DNA of 64,000 nucleotides. It comes from Candidatus Undinarchaeales archaeon. Its GTDB lineage: Archaea > SpSt-1190 > JASMDC01. Below, piece by piece: positions 26,818-36,830 of the stretch (positions within the stretch are counted from its first letter, which is position 1; each line of letters starts with the position of its first letter). The stretch lies in contig JASMDC010000001.1 of NCBI GenBank assembly GCA_030753015.1, positions 96,001 through 160,000 of the forward strand, written 5' to 3'. The notes beneath the pieces were generated by a model. It was not told where the DNA came from. It saw nothing but the letters and a program-made list of their open reading frames with translations, and searched no databases. A program made the position numbers and the translations under genes.

Positions 26818-27844
26818 TAAGTCGTGGGACACTGGCGTAAAGATAGCCGGTGCCCTGCTCGTTATCCTCACGCTGTACCTCTTCTCGCCCTTCATCGGGG
26901 ATATCGTGTTCGCCCTTCTGCTCGCATACATAGCGCTCCCGCTGCGACGTTCTGTTAAGGGGCACGTGGCCAACCGTGACTTGATGGCCTTCATCACGAC
27001 GACACTCATCATACTCGGTATAGTGCTCCCTGCACTGCTCGGGTTGCGCTTCATGCAGGGCAAGATAGTCGTAGGAATGCAATATCTTGTGGACCAGGGC
27101 ATCTTCTCACATGAACATCCGCTTGTACAGCTCATATTCCAGGAATGGGAGCAGTTCCAGGAGATGACCACACTCCTCAATGCCGTGTTCGACGAACCCT
27201 ACATTGGTCCCGTGCTCGACCAATTCGCTCTGCTCATAGCCACGCTCCCGGAACGCGTCATCCATCTATTCATGTTCCTCGTGTTCCTATTCTACTTCAT
27301 CCGGGACGGCCCGGAGTTCCACGATAAAGTCCTCGATTATCTTCCGAAGAAGCAACGGACGCGGGTGGAGGAATACCTCCACGTGGCCGATATAGCGATC
27401 TATGCCACCATCTTCGGACGGTTCATCACGGGAATCGTCTGTGCGTTCGCCTCCGCCTCTGGGCTCTATATACTAGGTGTCCCCAACGCTACCCTGTTGG
27501 GAGTGGCCGCAGGCATAATCTTCATCATTCCCCAAATAGGTGTGTGGATCCTCTACATCCCCCTTTCGGCCTACTGGGCTTCCATGGGCCAGCTGGGACT
27601 GGGGGGGCTCATCCTCTTCCTGGGCATCACGATCGGTCTGTTGGACAATGTGGCCTACTCGCTAATCGTGGGTGACCGGATGCGCCAGCATGGTGTGCAT
27701 CCTATATTCACACTTGTGGGTCTGATGGGAGGCCTTCTGGTGTGGGGATTCAAGGGGCTTGTGCTCGGACCTATCGTCGTAGCCCTTTCAATCAGCTTTA
27801 TCCGGACGATGATCGTCCCCGCTCCCACGCCCCGCAAGAAGTGA
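26807..27844 (+). CDS. AI-2E (PerM/UPF0118) family transporter
   Basis: AYIALPL, FYFIRDG, IPQIG, LDN..HPIFTLVGLMGG..GFKGLVLGP; GTG start overlaps the upstream gene. Confidence 0.9.
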   Translation: MEFDKSWDTGVKIAGALLVILTLYLFSPFIGDIVFALLLAYIALPLRRSVKGHVANRDLMAFITTTLIILGIVLPALLGLRFMQGKIVVGMQYLVDQGIFSHEHPLVQLIFQEWEQFQEMTTLLNAVFDEPYIGPVLDQFALLIATLPERVIHLFMFLVFLFYFIRDGPEFHDKVLDYLPKKQRTRVEEYLHVADIAIYATIFGRFITGIVCAFASASGLYILGVPNATLLGVAAGIIFIIPQIGVWILYIPLSAYWASMGQLGLGGLILFLGITIGLLDNVAYSLIVGDRMRQHGVHPIFTLVGLMGGLLVWGFKGLVLGPIVVALSISFIRTMIVPAPTPRKK

Positions 27845-28324
27845 GCTCACGGCTCGTTTGTGCCCTTCATTGATCGCGTAAGCGACCATCCCTCGTCCGG
27901 GCATCCCGTAGACGACAACGGAACCGAGGGGCGCCAGCATCGTGACTGGGATAGCGGCGAGGTCCTCCTCTCCGGATACCACTACTCGTGCCGGTGGTTC
28001 ACGGAGGCCTTCGGACACGGCGTCCCACAGTGCCTGTGTGACCACGCCTGCTGGATTCTCGCATTTCAGTTCACGGGACTCGTAATCCAGGGCCCGTCGA
28101 TGTTCCTCGATAATAGGATGGCGACGCTCCATCATGTCGATGATGGCAAGATCTGGTACGATACCAAGTGAGATGAGTGTGAACGTAACGCGGTCACCAA
28201 TGCTCACGACGGGATCCTTCCGCTCATCGAGCCAGACGACGAATGAGCTGCCATCCTCGAACAACTTCCCATGGACCATGCGGAGCACATCGAGATCATC
28301 CTCTCGTAGCTCGTAAATGACCAT
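27788..28324 (-). CDS. GTP-dependent dephospho-CoA kinase (DUF359)
   Basis: VSIGDRVT, PDLAIID..RR, NPAGVVT, GEEDLAAIP, VVYGMPGRG. Confidence 0.9.
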   Translation of the reverse strand: MVIYELREDDLDVLRMVHGKLFEDGSSFVVWLDERKDPVVSIGDRVTFTLISLGIVPDLAIIDMMERRHPIIEEHRRALDYESRELKCENPAGVVTQALWDAVSEGLREPPARVVVSGEEDLAAIPVTMLAPLGSVVVYGMPGRGMVAYAINEGHKRAVSSLLAGRGSGDDHRPDKAD

Positions 28325-28492
28325 GGCGGGATGGGCTCGACGGGAAAGGTATAAGAACCTTGCCGGAAGGGGGCGCGGTGACCTTCCGGGAAGTGGTGGA
28401 AATGCGGCACGAAAACATGTGCGGTGTTTATTTTGTTTAATAATAAAACATAAATATACACACGTATTGCGCAAAATTCTGAATAAACAAGT

Positions 28493-28672
28493 TCATTCTG
28501 TGAGGCCCTCACTTTCCTCGTGAGCGTCCTCAAGGGCCTCCACGATCGCCTTGGCGGGATTGCGCTCTTTCTCAATTTCCTCCTGCTCCAAGCTCTCAAT
28601 TTCTTCTTGTTCCTGGTCCAGAAGCTTCTCTGCGCTCTTAATATCTTGCTCCACATCCTCAAGAAGTCCCAT
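28493..28672 (-). CDS. Small acidic coiled-coil protein (59 aa)
   Basis: MGLLEDVEQDIKSAEKLLDQEQEEIESLEQEE.. heptad pattern, directly downstream of lhr. Confidence 0.55.
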   Translation of the reverse strand: MGLLEDVEQDIKSAEKLLDQEQEEIESLEQEEIEKERNPAKAIVEALEDAHEESEGLTE

Positions 28673-28705
28673 TGAACACAAAGAGCCGTCCATTCCTTAA
28701 GAACC

Positions 28706-31519
28706 TTATCCCCAGAACCGCTTCGTGCGGAAGAACGTCCTCTCTCCTTCCATGATGTCACGAAGAAGTTCGTTCTCGTTGTCGTGAGGGCGCCCAAGGA
28801 CGCGGGCCGCAGTGCGGGGGCCGATGCCCTTTCCGGCAAGGACCAGTAGAGCTCGTGGTCCATACGAGATGAATAGGTCAGCTGATAGCCTAAGGGACCG
28901 CACTCGGCGTCCATCCTTGGCACCCAGTTTCTCACCGCGGGCATCCCGCTTGAGGAGTGCATCGTCGTCGGATCCCACGGTGGCAAGCAGACGGGCACCG
29001 CAGTTCCCGCATTCCAGGTCATCTGGCACCGTCTTTACCATGAGCGAGGTATCCCATGCGTTGCAGTGCATACAGAAAAGATGGATACGGGTAGAGAGGA
29101 GGCGTTCGCGGAAAATGCGCATGATTTCGGCATCGGGGCGTTCGGGGGACACCACCGTCCGCTTCGGGTGCTCGATGATAGACCGCGCAAGGGGTGAGCA
29201 TCCGCTGGCGTGACCGACTGATAGAGTTCCGTCGGCAATCATTCCGATGACCTCGTTCGTGTGGGGGATGTCGAGCTTCTCGGTGAACACCTCGTTGCGG
29301 GTCTCGCGGGCGAGAAGTGTGCCTGCATAGGCCTCCACGATGCGTTTGAAACTGATGCGTGCATGGTCGGCGTCCTTCTTGATGGCACCAAAGCGTCGGG
29401 CCACGTGCAAGAAGCGCCAGCGATAGAGGGCACTGTCCTCCACGATACGTGTGAGGTCACGCATGAGATGCTCGGTGCCGAGGTTGAGTATCAATCGCTC
29501 CACAAGTTCAGTGTCGGGGGCCCCGGAGAACTCGAGTAGGATTCGGTACGGGTCGGAGCGCATGGTCACGGCGCTGCCATGGTGCAGGGTAATGTAGGAT
29601 GAGAGCAGGAGACCCAGAGTGGCGTTCACTCGCGAACCGAAGCAGGCGTGGACCACCACCGCCGAACCTACGAGCTCGATGACGATGCACCGCTGGTCCG
29701 CCACGAACGGTGTGTCCCGGACCGCTTTGAGCACGGCCTGTGCTCCTGCCTTGTCGAGGGGGTACTCGCTGGTGAGAATGCTCAGCGCGTCCTTGTCATG
29801 AGTTGCCGCTAGCCTGCAGCGCAGCGTCCCGACCTCCTGGGCGACCTCCCACTCCACAGGGATGAGCTCGCCCTCCCATCGGGGGATCGTTCCAACGGAG
29901 CGCCCCACGCGTTCAACGAAGAGGGCATCCTCGTCCATCCCGACGGTCCGCCATGGTCGGCCCCTGCAGATGAATACCGAACCAGGTTCCACGTTCTGGA
30001 CCACGAAGCGCTCGTCGAGGACCCCGATGCGCTCCTGGCCATCTACGGTCACCACCGAGTAGCTGCGCTGGTCGGGGATCATGGAGAGGTTGTTATAGAA
30101 GTAGGTGGAGCCCTTGCGTCGTGCCCCGATGGTCTCCCCATCCCGCCACAGTATGCCCAGGTCACAGAGCAGGTCAACGAGCTCGATGAAGTCGTCGCGG
30201 GAGAGGTCATGGAAGGGTGCGGCAGATGTGATGGTGCGCAGTGCATCCCGGGCGTCCACGGTCCTCTCCTCCTTGGCCAATCCGACCACCTGGTTAGCGA
30301 CGACGTCCATTGGAGCCCGGAACACCTGGACCGGCTCGAGCTCACCGGCCATGGTCCTGCGTGCGACCACCGCCGCCTCAATGCAGTCGTCCGCGTCCAT
30401 AGCGAGCACAAGTCCCCGGGAGACGACATCTGCTCTGTGGCCGGCACGGCCCACCCGCTGCACGAGCCGAGTGGCCTGGCGCGGGGATGTGTACTGGATG
30501 GCGAGGTCCACTGAGCCGACATCGATGCCAAGTTCCATTGAGCTAGTGCAAACGAGGTTCGTGATCTCACCTGCCTTGAACGCACGTTCTGCCTCGATAC
30601 GAGCGGTCTTGGAGAGGGAGGAGTGATGGACATCGGTACCTGAGGACTCATCCCAGATGGCGAACCGAGAGGAGAGCACCTCCGCTTGCTGGCGCGTGTT
30701 CACGAAGGTGAGCACCGAGCGCTCCCTTCGGACGTTCTCTTCGATCGTGCGCACTGCTGATGCCAGCTGGGGGGCGACCAGCAGGCGTTCGGCAAGCTCC
30801 TCATCACCTTCGATGATCGTGGGCATGACGACCGCGATTTCGAGCCGTTTCTCTGTCTCGGCATGCACTATCTCCACGGGACTCCCCGAACCACGGAGGA
30901 ACGCGGCCACCTCTTCCGGCGTTCCTACCGTGGCCGACAATCCAATCCGTTGGATGGGGCCGCCTGCGAGCCTGCACAATCGCTCGAGGGCCACAGCGAG
31001 CTGGCTGCCGCGCTTGTCCACCGCCAGCTCATGGACCTCGTCAACGATGACCATGCGTAGGTTCGCAAGGTGGGTGCGCAGACGCTTTCCTAGGAGCATG
31101 GCCTGGACAGTCTCCGGTGTTGTGATGAGCATATCGGGGGGCTTGAGTGCTTGGCGCCGGCGTGCAGCAGGCGTTGTGTCACCATGCCGGACCTCCACGG
31201 TGAGCCCCAGCTCTTCCCCCCACCACCTCATCCGCTCCATGATGTCTCTGTTGAGAGCGCGGAGAGGGGTGATGTACAGCAAGAGGTTGCCGGAGTGACC
31301 TTCATTCCGCCATTGGAGCATCCTGTGGAAAGCAGGGAGGACGGCAGCTTCCGTCTTTCCTGATCCGGTTGGCGAGATTAGGAGCACGTTGGCGCCAGAG
31401 AAGATACGCGGGATAGCCTCTGCTTGTGCAGGAGTGGGTGCGGTAATTCCCTTACGGTCCAGTAGATGGCGGACCGGGTCTGCGAGCAGTGGGAAGGGAT
31501 TGGAAGTGGCCTTAGCCAA
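28706..31519 (-). CDS. lhr: Lhr-family SF2 ATP-dependent helicase (archaeal type with C-terminal Zn finger)
   Basis: PTGSGKTEAA, ITPLRALNRD, ITTPET, DEVH, GLSAT, TSSMELGIDVG, QRVGRAGH, IPRWEGE, CMHC..CGNC. Confidence 0.95.
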   Translation of the reverse strand: MAKATSNPFPLLADPVRHLLDRKGITAPTPAQAEAIPRIFSGANVLLISPTGSGKTEAAVLPAFHRMLQWRNEGHSGNLLLYITPLRALNRDIMERMRWWGEELGLTVEVRHGDTTPAARRRQALKPPDMLITTPETVQAMLLGKRLRTHLANLRMVIVDEVHELAVDKRGSQLAVALERLCRLAGGPIQRIGLSATVGTPEEVAAFLRGSGSPVEIVHAETEKRLEIAVVMPTIIEGDEELAERLLVAPQLASAVRTIEENVRRERSVLTFVNTRQQAEVLSSRFAIWDESSGTDVHHSSLSKTARIEAERAFKAGEITNLVCTSSMELGIDVGSVDLAIQYTSPRQATRLVQRVGRAGHRADVVSRGLVLAMDADDCIEAAVVARRTMAGELEPVQVFRAPMDVVANQVVGLAKEERTVDARDALRTITSAAPFHDLSRDDFIELVDLLCDLGILWRDGETIGARRKGSTYFYNNLSMIPDQRSYSVVTVDGQERIGVLDERFVVQNVEPGSVFICRGRPWRTVGMDEDALFVERVGRSVGTIPRWEGELIPVEWEVAQEVGTLRCRLAATHDKDALSILTSEYPLDKAGAQAVLKAVRDTPFVADQRCIVIELVGSAVVVHACFGSRVNATLGLLLSSYITLHHGSAVTMRSDPYRILLEFSGAPDTELVERLILNLGTEHLMRDLTRIVEDSALYRWRFLHVARRFGAIKKDADHARISFKRIVEAYAGTLLARETRNEVFTEKLDIPHTNEVIGMIADGTLSVGHASGCSPLARSIIEHPKRTVVSPERPDAEIMRIFRERLLSTRIHLFCMHCNAWDTSLMVKTVPDDLECGNCGARLLATVGSDDDALLKRDARGEKLGAKDGRRVRSLRLSADLFISYGPRALLVLAGKGIGPRTAARVLGRPHDNENELLRDIMEGERTFFRTKRFWG

Positions 31520-31922
31520 TGTAGGTCACGTCTGCCTCGGGCTTCTTCCCGGGCCGCTTGATGTTGACCGACGGGAGGCTGATCGGGGGAGGGAGCTTGA
31601 GCATGCTCGAGAGCATCACTGTCTGGACGGTACAGTTCTGGAGAATTGAGTTCGCCACGTTCTGAACACTCGCATCTGGTAGACGTTTGGTGCTCTCGAA
31701 GTGCTTGGTGTCCGCCTCATTGCCCTCGAACATCATGGTGCCCTTCATACGGATGTACCCGATGCTCGGGGAGTACTGCACATCGAATCCGAAATGAATT
31801 GCGTAGGTGTTGGACGAGCCCTCCTGCGTTATTTCCTGGAAGTTGACGTTGATACTCACTTCTTTTGGTGCCCGGCTCTCGAACCGCTTGGCTTCAACGA
31901 AGTCGAGGGTGCCCGTCATCAT
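31512..31922 (-). CDS. Conserved archaeal hypothetical protein, SecB-like fold suspected
   Basis: Four-strand pattern (..IHFGFDVQYSPSIGYIRMKG..), helix, LKLPPPISLP tail; overlaps the lhr start. Confidence 0.65.
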   Translation of the reverse strand: MMTGTLDFVEAKRFESRAPKEVSINVNFQEITQEGSSNTYAIHFGFDVQYSPSIGYIRMKGTMMFEGNEADTKHFESTKRLPDASVQNVANSILQNCTVQTVMLSSMLKLPPPISLPSVNIKRPGKKPEADVTYIG

Positions 31923-32040
31923 GGCTCGGGAGAACGGCCCGGGTGTTTTTATCTCTTTCTGCTGCGTGGTGGGGATGCTCGCTCGCACCGACCTAGAAAA
32001 CACGCCTGCTCAAGAGTCTCACGTACTCCTTTACCAAGGC
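31869..32040. repeat. Direct repeat copy 1 (about 170 bp)
   Basis: Aligns by eye with 34368-34541; contains the 5' end of the SecB-like gene, an intergenic spacer and a GT2 3' remnant (..KEYVRLLSRRVF*). Confidence 0.9.
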
Positions 32041-32071
32041 ACGGTGGCGTAACACCATACTTCGATGCCTG

Positions 32072-33145
32072 TTAATTGAATCTTTTGAAGAAGATCTTTC
32101 CAAGCAGCCGAGGGTACCTCTTAAAGTCGAATATCACACTTGCGTTGATCGCGCATTCAAAGGTGCAGTAGCATTTCTTGTCCCTTATCGATCTTCTGAC
32201 CTGCTCTGCACCTTTGCTGGCGAGCAGTCTGTTGATGTCATAGTCAAAGTCACGGATATTACCCATCTTTTTATCCAGCAGCTCGCATGGAAAGACATCA
32301 CCAGTCTCGCTGATTTCGATCAGGCGCTCTCCTGCAACACATGGGACGACCATGCTCTTCTTCCTTGCCGTGTTGATAATCTCCCTAAGACTTTCCTCGT
32401 AGACCACGTGGAGGAACCTGTCAAAGGGCTTCTTTTCCCGCTTTTTTTCCTTTACCTCGATATAGCGCTGCATTTCCTCGTAGGCGTCAAGCGTGTCCGC
32501 GATCGCACTCTTGCATCGGGGTGTGCCTCGTAATAAGGTGAGCAGATGGTTGTCTGCATCGAATCTCTCTTCTACGGAATTGAATATCCCTCGGATATTG
32601 TCGACGTTGTAGCTTGAGAGCACTGTACAGAAATCTATGTTGAGGTTGTCATGCCTTTTCCTAAGTTTGTCCAGACTATCGTAAGTCCTAGTTACTGCCT
32701 CGAAGATCCCCTTTACATCGCGAATGAGATCATGTTCCTCTTCCCAGCCATCCAGTGAGATCGAGATTCTGAAATGCGTTCCGGGATTTTGTTCAAGGAT
32801 CATCTCCATGTCCTTCTCGATCTTTTCTGTCAGCAGACCGTTCGTGGTTATCGTTATTATTAGAGGATTAGTGTACCGGCACACTACATTGCAGATTTCC
32901 ACAAGGTCGTTGCGTAAGAACGTCTCGCCCCCGGTCAGAGAGACCTGCATGAGCTGCCCGAGACCTTTACAGATCCTTTCGATCTCCTCCAGTTTAAGCT
33001 CGTCTCTCGCCTCTGCCTGATCAATGTTCTTCCAATAGAAGCAATGTTTGCATCTCGCATTGCATCTGGCGGTCACAAAGAGTATGACGTAGACAGGCTT
33101 CGAGCCCTTCAAGAGGCTTTTAACTATCCGAGAAGAGCCTTTCAT
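32072..33145 (-). CDS. Radical SAM protein with a C-terminal SPASM/twitch domain
   Basis: CNARCKHC, SLTGGE, TTNG, ISLDG, CVAG..GDVFPCE, CYCTFEC; lower GC than flanks. Confidence 0.92.
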   Translation of the reverse strand: MKGSSRIVKSLLKGSKPVYVILFVTARCNARCKHCFYWKNIDQAEARDELKLEEIERICKGLGQLMQVSLTGGETFLRNDLVEICNVVCRYTNPLIITITTNGLLTEKIEKDMEMILEQNPGTHFRISISLDGWEEEHDLIRDVKGIFEAVTRTYDSLDKLRKRHDNLNIDFCTVLSSYNVDNIRGIFNSVEERFDADNHLLTLLRGTPRCKSAIADTLDAYEEMQRYIEVKEKKREKKPFDRFLHVVYEESLREIINTARKKSMVVPCVAGERLIEISETGDVFPCELLDKKMGNIRDFDYDINRLLASKGAEQVRRSIRDKKCYCTFECAINASVIFDFKRYPRLLGKIFFKRFN

Positions 33146-34121
33146 GGTAATCGTTTCCCGCGAGCTTCCTGACCGCCGAGTCAATCAGCGAACAGCATGC
33201 ACCCATTGTTGTTATGCATGAGAAGAAGATGTTAATGGGGATGAATATGGGCAAGAGGGACGGGTGTGTCCTGATGACGATCCTAAAGAAGCCCCTGAGG
33301 TAGAAAAGGTATAATATCAGTGCCACGGCTGCTCCCGAAATCGCAGGGGGGAAACTGATTGAGGCCCCCAAGAGAATAAGGGTTGCGGTCGCCGATAATG
33401 TCCCAATCGCCATCCCGAGGGTGGTTGAACAACTAGGTGTGAACGACTTTCTCTTGTGCAAGAAGAATTTCATCCACCAGAAGGTCCTCCAGAAGTAGAC
33501 ACTACAGAGTTTCCAGAAACCCGGGAACTGGTGCTTCACGATAATATTTGGATCGAGGATCATCTTGAACTTCGGTGAGATCCTGAAACCGAACTCCTCG
33601 TTCTCGGTCGGTACTTGAAAGGTAAACTTTTCGTTATAGCCGCCCGTTTCGAGGAATACTCTTTTCTTTGTAAGACAGCATTTCGCCTCAAAGACTGGGT
33701 AGTTGCCCAGGTCGCCTTGGGTGTATATATGCTGGTCCATCAGGCACTTGTACAGGGGGAATAGCCCCTTATTGGTCGGCTCTACAGAATAATGTCCGTT
33801 GACCACATCCGCACCCGTTCTATTCATGGCCTCAATGGCCATCTCGATTGTGTCCTTGAACACCACTACATCCGAATCGAAGAACATGACCCGATCGTAA
33901 TTCGCATTCTTCACTCCAAGGTTCCTTGCCTTTCCAGGGCCGGCATTCGTATGCGTTATGATCCTTACTTGGAATCCCTTCACGATCTCAAGCGTTAAGT
34001 CCGTGCTCTCGGCATCCACGATGATGACCTCGAACTTCTTGTAACTTGATCTGAAGATCGACTCGAGGAGCCTTTCGATAGTCTTCTCAGAATTATACAC
34101 CGGAATGATAATTGAGATCAC
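33120..34121 (-). CDS. Glycosyltransferase family 2 with C-terminal TM helices
   Basis: ISIIIPVYN, IIVDAESTD, ARNLG, FFDSD, GGYNE; lower GC than flanks. Confidence 0.92.
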   Translation of the reverse strand: MISIIIPVYNSEKTIERLLESIFRSSYKKFEVIIVDAESTDLTLEIVKGFQVRIITHTNAGPGKARNLGVKNANYDRVMFFDSDVVVFKDTIEMAIEAMNRTGADVVNGHYSVEPTNKGLFPLYKCLMDQHIYTQGDLGNYPVFEAKCCLTKKRVFLETGGYNEKFTFQVPTENEEFGFRISPKFKMILDPNIIVKHQFPGFWKLCSVYFWRTFWWMKFFLHKRKSFTPSCSTTLGMAIGTLSATATLILLGASISFPPAISGAAVALILYLFYLRGFFRIVIRTHPSLLPIFIPINIFFSCITTMGACCSLIDSAVRKLAGNDYHERLFSDS

Positions 34122-34367
34122 TTCAGATCACCGAGTTCTCATCCATCTTGATAGTCTCTTTCTTTGTCATATAACGATTCGAAGAGTTTAGGCTCTAATC
34201 TTGTGTGCGATTCAAAAAGATTCCCTTTCGAGGATCGCAGCAGAAAAACCAAAGGGAGGACCTTTTCTTTAGCAGGTCCCAAAGGATCAGGAAGGGGGTG
34301 ATACCAAGGATGATCTTGCCATCATCCACGTGCCTCCGTCCCATCGGAAGGGCTATACATCTTCTAA

Positions 34368-34541
34368 TGCCCGGTTCTCGAACCGCTTGGCTTCGACTAA
34401 TTCAAGGGTGCCCGTCATCATGGTTCGGGGGCACGGCCCGGACGTCATTCTCTCTTTCTGCTGCGTGGTAGGAGCGCTTGCTCTCACACCGACCTAGAAC
34501 ACACGCCTACTCAAGAGTCTCGCGTACCCCTTTGCCGAGGC
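34368..34541. repeat. Direct repeat copy 2, including a truncated 5' fragment of the SecB-like gene
   Basis: Minus strand reads MMTGTLELVEAKRFENRALEDV* versus MMTGTLDFVEAKRFESRAPKEV in the intact gene. Confidence 0.9.
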
Positions 34542-35201
34542 CCCCCAGTTCAGCTTGCTCCTACCATGTACTCTCATAGTGAAGGTGATGGGGACCTCGG
34601 TGATGGTGTACCCCTGCTCGATTGCGAACATGAGTATCTCCGGGTAGAACTCGAAGTCCCTGGATCGTGTACGGGGATAGAGCTCATCGAGCACCGAACG
34701 CCTATAGAGGCGATAGCCGGATGTCATGTCGGTCACAACGTTCCTGCCAAGGGTGATGTTCAGGAACTTCGTCGTCAGGTCGCTGACAACACGCTTGAAG
34801 TGGGGCATGTCCACGATCACACCCCCGGGCGCACGACGTGAACCCACGACGATGTCGGGATCCGATGTCTGCACCGCGCGTACGAACCTCTCCAGCTCAT
34901 CGGGCCGATGGTTGAGGTCCGCGTCCATGGTCAGGACGTGGTCAGCCCGTGGATCCACTTCCGCGAATCCCGTCCTGAACGCTCTTCCCACACCCAAGGG
35001 GGACGGGTGTGCAATGTATCCCAGCCCGGGGTGGTCGTTCTTCATCCTCTCGATGAGCTCTGCTGACCCATCATTCCCTTGGAGGACGTAGATTATCTCG
35101 TAATCGACGTCGAGCTCGTGGAGCGCTTTGATCAGCTGTGGTGTGAGCACCTCGAGGTTCTCACACTCGTCATATGCCGGGATGACTGCGGAGATGAACA
35201 T
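34494..35201 (-). CDS. DPM1-like polyprenol-phosphate glycosyltransferase (GT2)
   Basis: VIPAYDE, TMDADLNH, VVGSR, DMTSGYRLYRR, EVPITF..R..GRSK. Confidence 0.9.
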   Translation of the reverse strand: MFISAVIPAYDECENLEVLTPQLIKALHELDVDYEIIYVLQGNDGSAELIERMKNDHPGLGYIAHPSPLGVGRAFRTGFAEVDPRADHVLTMDADLNHRPDELERFVRAVQTSDPDIVVGSRRAPGGVIVDMPHFKRVVSDLTTKFLNITLGRNVVTDMTSGYRLYRRSVLDELYPRTRSRDFEFYPEILMFAIEQGYTITEVPITFTMRVHGRSKLNWGASAKGYARLLSRRVF

Positions 35202-35951
35202 CGTAATCCTGCTGTTCTGTGGTATCCTTGTCTGCGAGCGGGCCCTCGTCGGCCCCCTATCATTATCGTTCTATCGAAATTTAAAGATGTTCTCTCCATG
35301 ACACCTCCCCCATTTTCTGTCGAGTGGGCTCGCGTCTAGCGTTCTCCCTGGAGCACAGCATGACGTGGCCGTTGTGTCACCGGAAGGGGGTTTCGATACC
35401 CTCTTTTCTTGACGTCGCCGGAACAGCTAGAATCTTGCTTCTGTGCTGCTTTTTCGTCCCTTGTCACGAATCCGCTCCGATCTTATTCCCGCTCGTCCCT
35501 GGTCCCCTCAGTTCTGGGCTGAAATGTCTTCTTCTGGGCTGCTGCCCTCTCTGAAGCGGACCCCCTTCCTTGTTTTTCAGCTCCCGGAACTCGTTTTCAC
35601 ACCCCTATTACGTTTTTTATCTACTTTTTTCACATTTTTTCTTACATTTTAAGGAGTTTCGATATATTCCCGGGATTCGTACCTTGATAGTCGTGAACGT
35701 ACCCTCATTCTCACCCCTATTTGGGCCGTAAATAACCGCATAAATCAAGTAAATTGCTGACATTTACGCATAATTCACCTATAATGCACCTTTTAGGCGT
35801 CAGATCAGGGTTTTACTGGGTAGTGGTGGTGGAATTCTCGTTTTCTAGCCGACCCGTACAAATTCACTATTTAGCAGGGGTTAACTCATAAAAGATTATT
35901 GATGTAAATATGCAATAACGTATCAAATATTACGGAAAAAGTTCAGAATAA

Positions 35952-36030
35952 CCTGCTGCAGGCCTGCTGCTGGTGCTGCTGCTGCTGCTACCGTGCTGCT
36001 GCTGCTAGCGAACAGCAGCATCACCAGCAC
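35952..36030. repeat. Imperfect (CTG)n/(CAG)n trinucleotide tract with fold-back potential
   Basis: ctgctgcaggcctgctgctggtgctgctgctgctgctaccgtgctgctgctgctagcgaacagcagcatcaccagcac inside an AT-rich intergenic region. Confidence 0.8.
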
Positions 36031-36182
36031 ATGTGAGTTAAATATGCGTTAAAACAATGCATATGTCCCAAAGAGCAAAATTCTGGGAGAAGAGTGGGAA
36101 ATTATCGATAATGCACCGTTTCCGGGGGGATCGGGACGCAAATCGAGCGTTATTAGGTGGTGGAATGGGGGGATGTGCTGCC

Positions 36183-36719
36183 CTACTTGCGCTTGCGCTT
36201 CTTGGGCTTCTCCTTTTCCTTGATCTCGAGCTCCTCGGTCTCTTCTTCCTCTTCAACGATGGAGTAGAAGACCTCCCTACCTCGCTGGATTTTGGTGACC
36301 AGACTGCGCTGATAGAGCTCGGAGAGCTTTGCAGAGGTCGTACCGCGCTTGACGCCGAGAATACGGGCGAGATCATTGGCGGTTACGCTCTTGAGGTTCC
36401 TGATGGCTTCGAGGTACTTCATATCGGTCTCAGAAACGAGACCGAAGACGATATCCTTTGCATTTTCGAGTTCGTTCTTTAAACAGGAACCATCTTCTGA
36501 TTTACGTTCCATTTCAAGAAGGATCTCTCTGAGAGCGTCCAATTCGCCAGTATTTTGAAGTATTGTCTCGTGCTGCAGGTGCAGGGCCACGTGCTGCTGC
36601 TGTAGCTTATACTGTTGCTGCTGTAGCAGTTCGTTGTGACCGCGGAGATCCTCCAGCACGGCCTTGTACCCAACAAGAAGGTCGATAACGCGATCGATGC
36701 CCAGGAGACTCTTGAACAC
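36183..36719 (-). CDS. Coiled-coil + winged-helix DNA-binding protein with Gln-rich segment and acidic/basic tail
   Basis: GAGGTG SD before GTG 36719; VTANDLARILGVKRGTTSAKLSELYQRSLVTKIQRGREVFY wHTH; LQQQQYKLQQQH; EEEEE..KEKPKKRKRK. Confidence 0.82.
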   Translation of the reverse strand: MFKSLLGIDRVIDLLVGYKAVLEDLRGHNELLQQQQYKLQQQHVALHLQHETILQNTGELDALREILLEMERKSEDGSCLKNELENAKDIVFGLVSETDMKYLEAIRNLKSVTANDLARILGVKRGTTSAKLSELYQRSLVTKIQRGREVFYSIVEEEEETEELEIKEKEKPKKRKRK

Positions 36720-36830
36720 TTTTTTCACCTCGATACCCGGGCGGATACCTCGATTTGAGGCGATAATCCGCCTAAGGGATGGTAATGCAGACAAGGTCGC
36801 TGATCGTTTATAATACTGTGGTCGAAGTTA

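Noticed and set aside
27788-27844. 57-bp convergent overlap of the AI-2E and dephospho-CoA kinase genes
   Set aside because: Overlapping tails are low-information extensions; common in compact archaeal genomes
32041-34367. Insertion as an IS, transposon or provirus
   Set aside because: No transposase or integrase, no terminal inverted repeats, and the flanking repeat is far longer than a target-site duplication
35132-35299. GGAGGTG SD followed by ATG 35299 giving a 55-aa Arg/Ser-rich minus-strand ORF
   Set aside because: Overlaps the DPM1-like gene out of frame, contains a TATA-like tttaaa box, and has no protein-like features
35560-36180. Canonical Cdc6/ORB replication origin
   Set aside because: No TTCCAxTGGAAA..GGGG ORB consensus and no cdc6/orc1 nearby; kept only as a non-canonical hypothesis
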